DNA from: a virus
Taxonomy: Duplodnaviria; Caudoviricetes
Reading direction: 5' to 3' (one strand)
DNA: 25,502 nt
Virus record (IMG/VR): IMGVR_UViG_3300033067_001793
Span: 1-25,502 of that record
The notes beneath the pieces were generated by a model that did not search any database, had not been told where the DNA came from, and saw only the letters and a program-made list of their open reading frames with translations. Position 1 is the first letter of the stretch. Every line of letters starts with the position of its first letter. Positions 24,201 through 25,502 of the stretch are shown one piece after another. The translations under genes were made by a program, and so were the position numbers.

Positions 24201-25502
24201 ATGGGTGAAATAACACAACAACTCGTTCAAGAAGCAAAAGGTAAGACTGATTTGGACAATCAATCAGAAAGACTTTTTAAGAAATCTCAAAAAGCTTGGG
24301 AAATATCACAGAATTATATTGATAATTTTAAAGATAAAATTATTCGTAGATATAAAATGTATAACTCTGAACACGATTCAGATCAAAAATACACAGACGA
24401 AGATTATAAAAGAAATAAACACTATGTTCCTAAGTCACATGAGTTCGTAAAAAACTCTGTTTCTCAAGTTGTTCAAGCTTATTTCTTAAATCCTGATTTT
24501 ATTTATTTAACACCAGAAGTTAGTGAAGATGTTGTATCAATAATGTCTGCTGAATACTTTACTTATGTATTAAATAAGAGATTAAAATCAAAAAACAATT
24601 GGTGGTTAACATTTATTGAGATGACTGCTCAATCTGGATTTATTCATAACTTATGTATAGCTAAAGTTGACTGGAATGTTGATGAAAAATATTCAATAGC
24701 AACCCCAATTACAATTGAAAACTTCCGTGTTGATCCATATGCTGATCCATTAGATCCAGTTGGAACTTCTGCTTTCTTAATACATAAAATTGAAATGTAT
24801 GTTGATGATTTAAAAGCAAAACAAAAAGAAGACGGTTGGTTAGAATACTCAGTTCAAGATTTACAAAACAATTTTGTATCATCAATTACAGCAGAAGATC
24901 AAGTTAATGCTTCTAGATTTAAAGATGGTTATAATCCACAAGATGGAATGGCTACAGTTGATGATGAATTAAAGAAAGTTTATGTTCACGAGAATATTGT
25001 TCGTGAAAACAATAAATATTATGTATTTTATACATTAGGAACATCAAAAATGTTAACTAAAGTGTATAAATTAAAAGAAATATATCCTCAAGGTATACCT
25101 TATGTTATGGCTGCTATATATCCAGAAGAAATGAAGATATATGCTACTGCTCCATTAGACCATGCTTATCCAGCACAAACATTAATTAACGATTATACAA
25201 ACATTGTTATGGATGCAGTAGAACAAACAGTATGGCCCGTAACTATTGTTAAAGCAAATAGTGGTTTTGATATTAAGAGATTCCAAAAGGTAGGTCCTAA
25301 TGCTGTTGTAGAAGCAAGAAATCCACAGCAAGATGTATATCAATTAACAAAACAGTTAGCACCACAATCATTAAAGAATGAAATACCTTTCTTAATGAAT
25401 AACTTTGACTCTACAGTTGGTGGTTTACCAAACTCTACAGTTTCAACAGAAGGTGGAGATACTACTGCTACTGGACAGAATATGAGATATAGATCACAAT
25501 CT
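24201..25502 (+). CDS. Portal protein (partial, runs off window)
   Basis: Open frame of 434 codons from MGEITQQLVQ; motifs YVPKS, IAKVDW, IENFRVDP, IPYV, TTATG resemble P22/podovirus-type portals; follows TerL. Confidence 0.8.
   Translation, partial: MGEITQQLVQEAKGKTDLDNQSERLFKKSQKAWEISQNYIDNFKDKIIRRYKMYNSEHDSDQKYTDEDYKRNKHYVPKSHEFVKNSVSQVVQAYFLNPDFIYLTPEVSEDVVSIMSAEYFTYVLNKRLKSKNNWWLTFIEMTAQSGFIHNLCIAKVDWNVDEKYSIATPITIENFRVDPYADPLDPVGTSAFLIHKIEMYVDDLKAKQKEDGWLEYSVQDLQNNFVSSITAEDQVNASRFKDGYNPQDGMATVDDELKKVYVHENIVRENNKYYVFYTLGTSKMLTKVYKLKEIYPQGIPYVMAAIYPEEMKIYATAPLDHAYPAQTLINDYTNIVMDAVEQTVWPVTIVKANSGFDIKRFQKVGPNAVVEARNPQQDVYQLTKQLAPQSLKNEIPFLMNNFDSTVGGLPNSTVSTEGGDTTATGQNMRYRSQS

Noticed and set aside
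1-25502. Alternative genetic code (stop-codon reassignment)
   Set aside because: DnaB, RusA, TerL and the portal fragment read through intact in the standard code; gaps are explained by regulatory DNA or small ORFs.

Overview
Very AT-rich segment of a tailed dsDNA phage or prophage; no host genes or integrase are visible. Left arm (82-6098, minus strand): replication and recombination genes (RHH regulator, replication initiator, DnaB helicase, RusA, HTH-metallophosphoesterase). Middle (6.4-16.5 kb, mostly plus strand): accessory 'early' region of small genes, many with their own sigma70-type promoter. A minus-strand microprotein operon follows (16.8-18.2 kb), then the packaging module (putative TerS, TerL, tRNA-Thr, portal running off the end). 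Most notable unexplained features: (1) ten mostly unrelated accessory proteins share a C-terminal tail, L-[DEQ]-x-x-L...basic...K-[IV]-stop, suggesting a common targeting, export or docking system; (2) three of them sit in promoter-gene-terminator cassettes bounded by ~200-250-bp mosaic direct repeats; (3) a ~165-bp inverted repeat carrying GTAAT-N-ATTAC palindromes brackets the whole 12-kb accessory region; (4) a candidate RBS-pairing sRNA; (5) an Ocr-like acidic protein; (6) about 20 promoters with a 16-bp spacer. All calls come from reading the sequence by eye; no searches were run.
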